This document shows positions 1-8,140 of a DNA stretch of 32,000 nucleotides, piece after piece (within the stretch, counting starts at the first letter, position 1; each line of letters begins with the position of its first letter). The stretch is from Basfia succiniciproducens. Lineage in GTDB: Bacteria > Pseudomonadota > Gammaproteobacteria > Enterobacterales > Pasteurellaceae. Below the pieces are notes generated by a model, which searched no databases, had not been told where the DNA came from, and saw nothing but the letters and a program-made list of their open reading frames with translations. Both the position numbers and the translations under genes were made by a program. The stretch covers positions 693,405 to 725,404 of the forward strand of contig NZ_CP015031.1 of assembly GCF_011455875.1 (NCBI RefSeq). Direction: 5' to 3'.

Positions 1-111
1 ATAATTTGCCCGTTATAACGCCATTGATCAATGAGTTGATTTATTAAAGGAATTTGTTGAGGAAGATTGTCTTCATTAATATTTTTGAAAAAAACTTCAA
101 CTAAATACATT
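1..111 (-). CDS. 5' end (first 37 codons) of an unidentified protein-coding gene that continues past the window start
   Basis: ATG at 111-109 on the minus strand. The frame MYLVEVFFKNINEDNLPQQIPLINQLIDQWRYNGQI.. stays open to position 1. It is divergent from yqcC-truC and too short to appear in the ORF track. I recognise no family and the SD (GAAG) is weak. Confidence 0.3.
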
Positions 112-183
112 TTTCTTCGTGTTTATGCCAAGATTTGTTTAAAATAATCGCCATCATAACCTATAACCAACTAGAGGTCTATT

Positions 184-504
184 TTGACAATTCATCTTCA
201 AACGAAAAAACATCTGCAACAACTTCAATTTGCGATGCAATCCTTGGATTTATGGCAAACCGTACCGCCTGCGGAGGAGGCGTTTCTTAGCACGGAACCC
301 TTTGCTATTGACAGAATGACCGCTACGGAATGGTTACAGTGGATTTTTATTCCGAGAATGTATGCATTGTTGGAAAGCGGCACAGAATTGCCCGCTCAGA
401 TTGCTATTTCCCCTTATATTGAAGAAGCTTTAAAGGAAACGGACAATCTGAGTTTGTTATTAAGCCCGATCATTGAAATTGAGCAGTTATTGCAAAAGAG
501 CTGA
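184..504 (+). CDS. yqcC: YqcC-family protein (DUF446)
   Basis: 106 aa with a TTG start and AGAGG upstream. The N-terminus MTIH.. and the block TEWLQWIFIPRM parallel E. coli YqcC. Its stop is 3 nt before truC, the same arrangement as E. coli yqcC-truC. Confidence 0.8.
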   Translation: MTIHLQTKKHLQQLQFAMQSLDLWQTVPPAEEAFLSTEPFAIDRMTATEWLQWIFIPRMYALLESGTELPAQIAISPYIEEALKETDNLSLLLSPIIEIEQLLQKS

Positions 505-507
505 TTC

Positions 508-1218
508 ATGTTAGAGATTTTGTATCAGGATGAACATATCGTAGCGGTTAATAAACCGGCGGGTATGCTGGTTCATCGAAGTTGGTTAGACCGCCATGAA
601 ACGCAGTTCGTTATGCAAACGTTGCGGGATCAGATAGGACGGTTGGTTTATCCTATTCACCGTTTGGATCGTCCTACATCAGGCGTACTGTTATTCGCTT
701 TAAGTAGTGAAACGGCTAATCTTTTATGTCAGCAATTTGAAACCAAGCAGGTTGAAAAAAGCTATTTAGCCGTTGTTCGGGGTTATTTGACGGGTAGCGA
801 ACGTATCGATTATCCGTTAAAAATCCAATTAGACAAGATTGCGGATAAATTTGCTCAGGAAGATAAAGCTCCGCAACCTGCCGTGACGGATTATGAAGGT
901 TTAAAAACCGTTGAAAAACCTTATGCAACACCACGTTATGCCACATCCCGTTATGCTTTGGTGCGGCTTGTACCGCATACTGGGCGTAAACATCAGTTAC
1001 GTCGTCACATGAAACATATTTTTCATCCTATTTTAGGTGATACTCAATATGGCGATTTGCACCAGAACAGAACGTTGACGGAACACACGGAAGTAAGCCG
1101 GTTAATGCTGCACGCTGAAAAACTGAGTTTTATTCATCCGATAAAACGGCAACGAATTGAAATAACCGCCGGACTTGACGAACAATGGAAAAAATTGATG
1201 GCATTGTTTGAATGGTAA
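508..1218 (+). CDS. truC: tRNA pseudouridine(65) synthase TruC
   Basis: 236 aa. MLEILYQDE..VAVNKPAGMLVHRS and HRLDRPTSGVLL (catalytic Asp motif of the RluA/TruC family) are colinear with E. coli TruC. Confidence 0.9.
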   Translation: MLEILYQDEHIVAVNKPAGMLVHRSWLDRHETQFVMQTLRDQIGRLVYPIHRLDRPTSGVLLFALSSETANLLCQQFETKQVEKSYLAVVRGYLTGSERIDYPLKIQLDKIADKFAQEDKAPQPAVTDYEGLKTVEKPYATPRYATSRYALVRLVPHTGRKHQLRRHMKHIFHPILGDTQYGDLHQNRTLTEHTEVSRLMLHAEKLSFIHPIKRQRIEITAGLDEQWKKLMALFEW

Positions 1219-1227
1219 GAAAGATAA

Positions 1228-1236
1228 AAGTGCGGT
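1228..1236 (+). repeat. Uptake signal sequence core (Hin-type)
   Basis: Exact AAGTGCGGT, 10 nt after the truC stop. Confidence 0.9.
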
Positions 1237-1348
1237 TAAAAAATTGAAAATTTTGATGTAAGCGGATAAATTCGCTTTTCTTTCCGCAGCAAGCCGGGAA
1301 GAGCCTGAAAGGCGAAGGGACTTAATAAAGATTAAATTCTATAAGTTT

Positions 1349-1376
1349 CAAAAAATAGGGTGCCATATTGGCACCC
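1349..1376 (-). terminator. Rho-independent terminator of the OTCase gene
   Basis: A 7-bp GC-rich stem GGGTGCC/GGCACCC (1358-1376) with a 5-nt loop. On the minus strand it is followed by TATTTTTTG. Confidence 0.75.
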
Positions 1377-1387
1377 GTAAATTTATA

Positions 1388-2392
1388 TTAAGCCAGTGAA
1401 GCAACCATCACGGCTTTGATAGTATGCATACGGTTTTCCGCCTGTTCAAAGGCAATATTCATTGGCGATTCAAACACATCTTCGGTAACTTCAATGCCGT
1501 TTGCCAGATTAGGGTAGGCGGCTGCAATTTCACGCCCCACTTTGGTTTCACAGTTATGAAATGCCGGCAAGCAGTGCATAAATTTCACATTCGGATTTCC
1601 CGTGCGTTTCATTAAATCCGTGTTCACTTGATACGGCATTAATAAATTGATTCGCTCGCCCCAGGCTTCAATAGGTTCGCCCATCGAAACCCAAACGTCC
1701 GTATGTACGAAATCCGCATCTTTAACAGCAAGATCAATATCATCCGTTACAGTTAAACGGGCACCAGTTTCTTTTGAGATTTCTTCACATATCGAAACGA
1801 AATTCTCTTCAGGCAATAATGATTTCGGCCCGCAAATACGCACGTCCATACCTAATTTAGCACCGATTAGTAGCAGGGAATTACCCATGTTATTACGGGC
1901 ATCACCGATATAGACATATTTAATTTCATTTAGCGGCTTGGTTGAATGTTCAATCATCGTTAAAACGTCGGCCAGCATTTGTGTCGGGTGAAACTCATCG
2001 GTTAAACCGTTAAACACAGGTACGCCGGAAAATTTTGCCAACTCTTCGACGGTTTCCTGTTTATAACCGCGGTATTCAATAGCATCGTACAAGCGCCCTA
2101 AAACACGTGCCGTATCTTTCATACTTTCTTTATGACCGATTTGGGAAGAAGTCGGGTCGATATAAGTGACATTAGCCCCTTGATCATAAGCGGCAATTTC
2201 AAAGGAACAGCGCGTACGTGTTGAGGTTTTCTCAAAAATTAAAGCGATATTTTTACCTTTTAAACGGGGTTGTTCAGTACCGGCATATTTAGCTCGCTTT
2301 AAGTCACGGGCAAGATCAAGCAAATATTTAATTTCACGGGGACTATGATTAACCAGACTCAATAAATGACGATTTTTTAAATTAAAAGGCAT
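1388..2392 (-). CDS. argF: Ornithine carbamoyltransferase
   Basis: 334 aa with the STRTR carbamoyl-phosphate motif, HPTQ and HCLP motifs. It is colinear with E. coli ArgI/ArgF and has AGGAG 7 nt upstream of the ATG. Sequence alone cannot tell an anabolic from a catabolic (arcB) role. Confidence 0.93.
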
Positions 2393-2480
2393 TGTGTCGC
2401 TCCTGTTATAATTATGTTTAAGAATTTCAAATTTGTTGGTAATATTACCCGTTTCTGATCATTTATTAAAGGTAAAATCT

Positions 2481-2666
2481 ATGTTTGATAACGCATTATT
2501 AAGCTTAAGCCATGAGCAACAGCAGCAGGCGGTAGAAAAAATTCAAGTCCTAATGCAGCAGGGGATGAGCAGCGGAGAGGCGATTGCGTTGGTCGCGAAA
2601 GAATTACGTGAAGCTCACGACAATGAAAAAATAAATAGCGAAAAAACAAAAAGTGCGGAAAAATAG
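2481..2666 (+). CDS. yoaH: UPF0181 protein YoaH
   Basis: 61 aa from the ATG at 2481. [35 protein letters not shown] matches E. coli YoaH. The ORF-track start at 2433 is an upstream in-frame extension with no homologous counterpart. Confidence 0.8.
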   Translation: MFDNALLSLSHEQQQQAVEKIQVLMQQGMSSGEAIALVAKELREAHDNEKINSEKTKSAEK

Positions 2667-2677
2667 ACCGCACTTTT
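2649..2677. terminator. Bidirectional terminator between convergent yoaH and uspE, built from an inverted USS pair
   Basis: A 10-bp stem AAAAGTGCGG/CCGCACTTTT with a 9-nt loop and T-runs on both strands. The left arm is an 8/9 USS (AAGTGCGGA, 2651-2659) and the right arm an exact USS (ACCGCACTT, 2667-2675). It overlaps the yoaH stop codon. Confidence 0.7.
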
Positions 2678-2700
2678 GCTTTTATCGCTTAGAGAGACGA

Positions 2701-3636
2701 TTAATCTTCTATTTTATTCGGCTTAATCGCCAGCAAATTACATTTTAATTTACTGATAACATGTTCCGCCGTATTACCTAATAATGCTGCGGACAAGCCG
2801 GTTCGGCCGACAGTACCTAACACCACTAATTCCGCGCCGATTTTATCGGCAACTTCAGGAATCACTTCTTCAGGGAAACCTTCTAATACATGGGTATGGT
2901 CTTCATCAATTCCAAAACGTTGGCGCAACGCTTTCATATTGATAAGATGTTGTCCTCGCACACCGCTTGTATATTCACTTGTATGAAATTCCGGCAGATC
3001 AATGGCCATATTAATCGGGGTTGGAGGGTAGGCTCCGACCAAATGGACATTACCGCGTTCCAGGTTATCCGCTAAATCCATACTTAATTCAACAAGTTGT
3101 TGGTTGAATGCTTCATGATAATCGGCATCACCGGAAACATTCACTGCAACAAGAATGCGTCGCTGATGTTTCCAATCACCGTCACGCACCATTAGTATAG
3201 GTGCCGGGCATTTACGTAGCAATTGCCAGTCAATCGGCGTGAAGAGGATAGAAGTTAAGCTTTCTTCTTCTTTTGTGTACTTCACCACAAGATCGTAGGT
3301 ATTTTCATCTAATTCGGCAACTAAAGCTTCCGCTTCGTTGCTATTCCATACCACTTTAGAAGAAAACTCAATCATTGTCGCATCCTGATATTTTTCAATA
3401 TAAGGAAGAACGTCTTGTTGATAACGTTGTTCAATAACGCCTTTATGCATTTCTTCCCGTTCCTCAGATGAAAGCAATGCAGACATTTCATAAGATAAAT
3501 CATAAACAGGAAGGAAAAGCGTTACTTTTACAGGTTTATCACTTTTTTGTTCTTTCACTAAACGTATTGCCCGCGCCAGTGCATACTGTTTATCATTCTC
3601 AGGATTCAGGATAACAAGTATATTATTAAACTTCAT
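2701..3636 (-). CDS. uspE: Universal stress protein E (tandem Usp domains)
   Basis: Colinear with E. coli UspE (LPVYDLSYEM, TPIDWQLLRKCP, GTVGRTG). I chose the third in-frame ATG (3636) because GGAGG lies 6 nt upstream. It is adjacent to fnr, as in E. coli. Confidence 0.88.
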   Translation of the reverse strand: MKFNNILVILNPENDKQYALARAIRLVKEQKSDKPVKVTLFLPVYDLSYEMSALLSSEEREEMHKGVIEQRYQQDVLPYIEKYQDATMIEFSSKVVWNSNEAEALVAELDENTYDLVVKYTKEEESLTSILFTPIDWQLLRKCPAPILMVRDGDWKHQRRILVAVNVSGDADYHEAFNQQLVELSMDLADNLERGNVHLVGAYPPTPINMAIDLPEFHTSEYTSGVRGQHLINMKALRQRFGIDEDHTHVLEGFPEEVIPEVADKIGAELVVLGTVGRTGLSAALLGNTAEHVISKLKCNLLAIKPNKIED

Positions 3637-3754
3637 AACTACCTCCATTTTTTCCAAAAATTATTAATAAGCATAGAACGGATTATTATTAATAACAAGG
3701 AGCAATCTTTAAAAGTGTGATTTAGGACAACTTTTATTTAGGGTCATATAGAGA

Positions 3755-3788
3755 CAAAAAATCCGGTTTAGTTGGACTAAACCGGATT
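3755..3788 (-). terminator. Rho-independent terminator of fnr
   Basis: A 13-bp perfect stem AATCCGGTTTAGT/ACTAAACCGGATT with a 3-nt loop, followed on the minus strand by a T-run. Confidence 0.85.
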
Positions 3789-3793
3789 CATTA

Positions 3794-4570
3794 TTAATCG
3801 ACAAGTTTTATTTTAGTTCGATTTGTACCTGATAATTCAACAAGTTGAACCATATCATTGATAGTAATGTATTTTCCTTGCACGGAAAGAATACCGAGCT
3901 TTTGAAAACGCCCCAATAAGCGGCTGATAGTTTCCACCGTTAAGCCTAAATAATTGCCAATATCACCGCGGGTCATAGTCAAACGAAATTCGCGAGCGGA
4001 AAAACCTCTGGCAGCATAACGTTTTGATAAATTATAAATGAAGGCGGCTAAACGTTCTTCAGCATTCATTTTAGAAAGCAAAAGAATCATTTCCTGATCA
4101 GATTTTATTTCACTGCTCATTAAACGTAGCATTTGCTGGCGCAGTTTAGGCATTTTACCCGTTAAATCATCAAGAATATCAAATGGAATTTCACATACCA
4201 TTGCCGTTTCTAATGCTTGGGCAAAACTCGGATGGCTCATGTTTGTAATGGCGTCAAAACCGACTAAATCACCGGGAAGATGGAATGAGGTAATTTGTTC
4301 TTCACCGGTTTCGCTGATGGTATAAGATTTGATTGTACCTGAACGAATTGCATAAAGTGAGGTTAATTCATCACCGGCTTTGAAGAGAATCTGAGATTTT
4401 TGAATAGGTTTTTTACGCTCAATAATATTGTCGAGTTGATCTAATTCATGCTCGTTAAGCGTAAATGGAATACAAAGTTGACTAATACTGCAATCTTGAC
4501 AATGAATGGCACATCCGCCAGATTGAATACGACGACCTGTTTTTGCTGCATCAGGAGTTAACACTTTCAT
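3794..4570 (-). CDS. fnr: Anaerobic global regulator FNR (Crp/Fnr family, [4Fe-4S] sensor)
   Basis: N-terminal Cys cluster [16 protein letters not shown], a cNMP-binding-like fold, and the C-terminal [16 protein letters not shown]. Long blocks are identical to E. coli FNR. I prefer the start at 4570 (MKV..) from FNR/HlyX N-termini, but 4594 is an in-frame alternative. Confidence 0.9.
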   Translation of the reverse strand: MKVLTPDAAKTGRRIQSGGCAIHCQDCSISQLCIPFTLNEHELDQLDNIIERKKPIQKSQILFKAGDELTSLYAIRSGTIKSYTISETGEEQITSFHLPGDLVGFDAITNMSHPSFAQALETAMVCEIPFDILDDLTGKMPKLRQQMLRLMSSEIKSDQEMILLLSKMNAEERLAAFIYNLSKRYAARGFSAREFRLTMTRGDIGNYLGLTVETISRLLGRFQKLGILSVQGKYITINDMVQLVELSGTNRTKIKLVD

Positions 4571-4616
4571 TTGTTTCTCAATAAATTTCGGCATACTACA
4601 TAAAAATCATGTAAAA

Positions 4617-4630
4617 TTGATCTAACTCAA
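4617..4630. promoter_or_regulatory. FNR box (TTGAT-N4-CTCAA, 9/10 to TTGAT-N4-ATCAA) in the fnr / small-ORF divergent region
   Basis: The sequence is TTGATCTAACTCAA. On the minus strand a TATGAT -10-like hexamer (4633-4638) lies 2 nt upstream of the box, so the box would cover the predicted fnr transcription start. That resembles the autorepression layout known for E. coli fnr. Confidence 0.6.
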
Positions 4631-4689
4631 TAATCATACCATTATTTATTCAAATTAAGAAGAACTAAATATAGAAATAGGAGAGTGAA

Positions 4690-4833
4690 ATGCCGGCAGA
4701 AAAACTCACTAAAAAGCGCCTGATTCAAATCGTCATTATGCTGTGCATATTAATTGCGGCGTTTAGTTATAAGACTTGTAGCTATAAAAATATGGATTCG
4801 AGTAATCAAATACAAGAACAAAAAAGCCGATGA
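4690..4833 (+). CDS. Putative 47-aa small membrane protein (not in the ORF track)
   Basis: ATG with AGGAG 6 nt upstream. The peptide MPAEKLTKKRLIQIVIMLCILIAAFSYKTCSYKNMDSSNQIQEQKSR has a basic N-terminus followed by one hydrophobic helix. The stop lies inside the hairpin at 4823-4849. No homologue recognised. Confidence 0.45.
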   Translation: MPAEKLTKKRLIQIVIMLCILIAAFSYKTCSYKNMDSSNQIQEQKSR

Positions 4834-4849
4834 TTTTTGCATCGGCTTT
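4823..4849. terminator. Bidirectional terminator (ftnA on the minus strand, small ORF on the plus strand)
   Basis: A 10-bp stem AAAGCCGATG/CATCGGCTTT with a 7-nt loop. The minus strand continues TTTTTGTTC and the plus strand continues GATTTGATT. Confidence 0.7.
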
Positions 4850-4867
4850 GATTTGATTACGCATTTA

Positions 4868-5365
4868 TTAATGATCCGCAGCTAATTTTGCTAATTCCTG
4901 ATCAATAAAGAATAAAGATTTGCCTTCATTGCCGACAAGATTAAATTTATCAAGAATACCGTTGAATAATTTTTCTTCTTCATGTTGTTCGGCAACATAC
5001 CATTGCAGGAAATTAAAGGCTGAATAATCTTTTTCTTCAAATGTTTTACCCACTAATTCATTAATTTTACTAGTGATGTGTAGCTCGTGCTGATAAGTTA
5101 ATTCCATCACTTCTTTTAATGATTTAAATTCGTGTGTCGGTGCTTCAATCTCTTCAATTACGGCTGTAGAACCGGTTTCATTTAAATAAGTAAAGAGTTT
5201 GCGCATATGTGCCATTTCTTCAGCCGCATGAGCGGACAAAAATGCTGCTGCGCCGGTGTAACCTTTTTGATCGCACCAGGCACTCATTTGTAGATAAAGA
5301 TTAGAAGAGTAGAACTCTAAATTCATTTGTTCGTTTAATAGTTTAACTACGTTTGCTGATAACAT
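4868..5365 (-). CDS. ftnA: Ferritin (non-haem, Ftn family), subunit 1
   Basis: 165 aa. Ferroxidase-centre residues sit in the blocks [20 protein letters not shown] and [14 protein letters not shown], colinear with E. coli FtnA. Confidence 0.9.
   Translation of the reverse strand: MLSANVVKLLNEQMNLEFYSSNLYLQMSAWCDQKGYTGAAAFLSAHAAEEMAHMRKLFTYLNETGSTAVIEEIEAPTHEFKSLKEVMELTYQHELHITSKINELVGKTFEEKDYSAFNFLQWYVAEQHEEEKLFNGILDKFNLVGNEGKSLFFIDQELAKLAADH
4961..5005. repeat. 45-nt tract identical to 5470-5514 (ftnA copy)
   Basis: GTTGAATAATTTTTCTTCTTCATGTTGTTCGGCAACATACCATTG is identical in both ferritin paralogues. The flanking codons differ at synonymous and non-synonymous sites. Confidence 0.9.
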
Positions 5366-5379
5366 TTCCGACTCCTAAA

Positions 5380-5874
5380 TTATGCTAAATCTAAAGTTGC
5401 TAATTCTTTATCGATAAAATAAAGCGAACGACCGTCTTCACCCAGAAGATTGAATTTATCAATAATGCTGTTGAATAATTTTTCTTCTTCATGTTGTTCG
5501 GCAACATACCATTGTAAGAAGTTAAATGTAGAGTAGTCTTTATTGGCAAAAGTAACTTCAACCAATTCGTTGATTTTTGCGGTAACTAAGTTCTCGTGTT
5601 TTAGCGTTATTTCAAATACGTCACGTAATGACTTAAATTCATTTTGTGGCGCGTCAATTTTACCTAAAAGCGGTAATCCGCCTGTTTCGCTCACATAAGT
5701 AAATAATTTATGCATATGTTCCATTTCTTCATCCGCATGACGAAGCAGGAATGCAGCGGCGCCTTCATAACCGTGGTTTGAGCACCATGCGCTCATTTGT
5801 AGATAAATATTTGATGAATAGAACTCTAAATTAATCTGTTCATTTAATTTATCAATGATAGCTTTCTTCAACAT
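5380..5874 (-). CDS. ftnB: Ferritin (non-haem, Ftn family), subunit 2, tandem paralogue
   Basis: 164 aa with the same motif set as its neighbour. A 14-nt gap to the downstream paralogue implies co-transcription. Tandem ferritin pairs are typical of Pasteurellaceae. Confidence 0.9.
   Translation of the reverse strand: MLKKAIIDKLNEQINLEFYSSNIYLQMSAWCSNHGYEGAAAFLLRHADEEMEHMHKLFTYVSETGGLPLLGKIDAPQNEFKSLRDVFEITLKHENLVTAKINELVEVTFANKDYSTFNFLQWYVAEQHEEEKLFNSIIDKFNLLGEDGRSLYFIDKELATLDLA
5470..5514. repeat. 45-nt tract identical to 4961-5005 (ftnB copy)
   Basis: This is the same 45-mer as at 4961-5005, in direct orientation 509 nt away. Confidence 0.9.
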
Positions 5875-6000
5875 AAAAATTCCTCTTTAATAAAATATCA
5901 AAAGTGATCAAAAAATCAGTAAGTATTCTAAACACATTTAGTGGTTATGCAAGCGATATTTACCTAAGTTATTAATTTTATTAATTATTTTAATAATAAC

Positions 6001-6019
6001 CATTCTTATTCTGATTATC
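6001..6019. promoter_or_regulatory. Candidate Fur box upstream of ftnB-ftnA
   Basis: CATTCTTATTCTGATTATC matches GATAATGATAATCATTATC at 12/19 by hand, with the nATnnT hexamer periodicity and a perfect right end ATTATC. An overlapping AATAATAAC.. array lies just upstream. It is about 130-145 nt upstream of the ftnB ATG. Confidence 0.3.
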
Positions 6020-6090
6020 TAATATTTATTAAATTACTGCTGAATATCTTGAGAAATAAAAGTCCTAAATAAAATAGGTTGATAAAATTT

Positions 6091-6103
6091 GTGACAACAT
6101 CAC
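6091..6103. promoter_or_regulatory. matS-like 13-mer (12/13 to GTGACRNYGTCAC)
   Basis: GTGACAACATCAC has a single mismatch at position 9 (A instead of G). It lies in the AT-rich spacer upstream of the ferritin genes. Confidence 0.25.
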
Positions 6104-6630
6104 AGTAGCAATACATATCTAATAATAAATATTTAAATAAATTCTAACCAATCAAATAAGGTAAATTTGACTAAAGAAACAACAAATAACGCTGGATAAA
6201 ATCTACATAGGGATTATTCACATCACATAATAATTTTTACGTAGCGTTACCAAACTAATTTACCAATATTTATTGGAACTCAAACCGGTTTTTAATTTAG
6301 AAATAAAAATATTCTTATCGGTTATTTCCTAATAAAAATCTCAAAACTAAACCTCATTTTTACAAATCGTCTATAGACTAAAGAAGAGTATTGAAATGTG
6401 ACTTACATTAACTCTTTATTTAACATAATATACATTATGCGAAATTAGTTATCTGGTTAGGAAATACTACGGATTAAGTAAATCACAGACTTATACACAA
6501 TGTATGAATACTAATTAAGCAAGACAAATCAAGGGGTTTTGAACGGTTTGTTTGAATAAAAAAGATGATTTATTAAATTTTAAAATGATTTGTAAAGAGA
6601 TTTTCAAGATGTTCATTTAAGAAATTTAGG

Positions 6631-6670
6631 TAAAAAATAAAGCTATTGGATTTAACTTTCCAATAGCTTT
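6631..6670 (-). terminator. Rho-independent terminator of sbcB
   Basis: A 12-bp perfect stem AAAGCTATTGGA/TCCAATAGCTTT (6639-6670) with an 8-nt loop, followed on the minus strand by ATTTTTTA. Confidence 0.75.
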
Positions 6671-6699
6671 ACTTATTAAATAATGTGAAAGGAATAATA

Positions 6700-8118
6700 T
6701 TATGCTAACAATTTAATTCCGTAATCATAAATTTGTTGCAGCAGTTTTAATTTGTCCGGATGATTACTATTTTCTTCACCAAGACGCTGTAAACTTTCCA
6801 TAAATTGCACCGCACTTTTTTCTAATTTTTGCCGACGGTATTTTTGCCATTTTATTTGTTCGCCGCGATTTAATGTTTTATAAAAGTGTCTGGCTCTATA
6901 ATGAAATAATAAGTCTGGAATTCGTTTATCTTCGAACTGTAAGCCGGAATCCGCCAATTTTTCCGGTTCTAATGTTCTCAGGATTGCCATGTTATTTTTA
7001 TCGGCTTTGCTGAAAAATCCGCTATAAAGTTCGGTTTCTACATTATCCGAATCGTCAAATTTTCTTTCTTCATTGAATACTTCTATTACTTTGTCGCGAA
7101 TATCCAGGGATTTTTGCAGCTTTTTCAGGTTATCCAGGCAAAACTGTCGGTCTATTCCCAATCGCTGCGCATTTTCCGGTAATAAGGTTTTTGCCGGCGC
7201 AATAATCGGACATTTATTTATATGGACAAGCTTTAAAGGAACCGGTAGCACACCGTCATTTTCTAGCTCTGTTTTTTTGGTGTATAAATTTTCCCGTAAT
7301 TCCACCGCACTTTTATTGAGTAAATCATCAATATTTTGTGCTAAATCACATGCAATAACCGCATTTTGATTGATTGGATGCCAGGCTAATGGCGCTATCC
7401 AGGTACAGTTCCCTCGGTAATTGCCCAGCATTCCCGAAACATGTACCAACGGGGTCATTTCAGCCGTATCAATCCACTTCTCTATTTCTTTTTTTCCTCG
7501 ATTTTCAAAGAAGAACTGAAATAATTTAGGTTGTTTTTCTTTAATTAACTTTGCCATTGCGATTGTTGCATAAACATCCGCCATAGCGTCATGAGCGTTT
7601 TCATGTTCAATGCCGTTTGCCTTGGTTAATTTTTCAAGGCGGAAACTCGGCATTCCCTCTTCATCTAAGGGCCAGTTAATGCCTTCGGGGCGTAGTGCAT
7701 AGCAGGCACGCACCAAATCCAACAAGTCCCAGCGGGAATTGCCGTTTTTCCAGCTGTATTCATAAGGATCAATAAAGTTTCGATAAAAGGTATAACGGGT
7801 CATTTCATCATCGTAACGGATGTTGTTAAATCCCATTATACAGGTATTAGGTTGGCTGAATTCCGCTAAAATCCGAGCGGCAAATTCAGGTTCGCTAATC
7901 CCCTTTTCATTACATTCTTGCGGCGTAATCCCCGTCACCATGACCGCTTCCGGTGCAGGTAAATAATCATTGGTTTGTTTGCAATAAAACATGACAGGGT
8001 CACTAATAATATTGAAATCCTTATCCGTACGAATACCGGCAAATTGTGCCGGGCGATCATCGGCGGGATTTACCCCGAAACTTTCAAAATCATAAATAAA
8101 AAAGCTAAAATCCGTCAT
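6700..8118 (-). CDS. sbcB: Exodeoxyribonuclease I
   Basis: 472 aa. The N-terminal DEDDh exonuclease motifs (FIYDFESFG.., HDAMADVYAT) are colinear with E. coli SbcB (475 aa). Confidence 0.93.
   Translation of the reverse strand: MTDFSFFIYDFESFGVNPADDRPAQFAGIRTDKDFNIISDPVMFYCKQTNDYLPAPEAVMVTGITPQECNEKGISEPEFAARILAEFSQPNTCIMGFNNIRYDDEMTRYTFYRNFIDPYEYSWKNGNSRWDLLDLVRACYALRPEGINWPLDEEGMPSFRLEKLTKANGIEHENAHDAMADVYATIAMAKLIKEKQPKLFQFFFENRGKKEIEKWIDTAEMTPLVHVSGMLGNYRGNCTWIAPLAWHPINQNAVIACDLAQNIDDLLNKSAVELRENLYTKKTELENDGVLPVPLKLVHINKCPIIAPAKTLLPENAQRLGIDRQFCLDNLKKLQKSLDIRDKVIEVFNEERKFDDSDNVETELYSGFFSKADKNNMAILRTLEPEKLADSGLQFEDKRIPDLLFHYRARHFYKTLNRGEQIKWQKYRRQKLEKSAVQFMESLQRLGEENSNHPDKLKLLQQIYDYGIKLLA
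6809..6817 (-). repeat. Uptake signal sequence core (Hin-type)
   Basis: Exact ACCGCACTT inside sbcB. Confidence 0.9.
7304..7312 (-). repeat. Uptake signal sequence core (Hin-type)
   Basis: Exact ACCGCACTT inside sbcB. Confidence 0.9.
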
Positions 8119-8140
8119 TACAATTTCTCAACTTATTAAG

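Noticed and set aside
2393-2480. A possible ARG box (ArgR operator) in the OTCase/yoaH divergent region, around TTTAAGAATTTCAAATTT.
   Set aside because: The match to TGAAT-N4-ATTCA is poor, with no intact half-sites. I cannot support it.
6090-6104. TGTGACAACATCACA read as a CRP site.
   Set aside because: The half-site spacing is 5 nt, not the required 6. It is reported instead as a matS-like element with low confidence.
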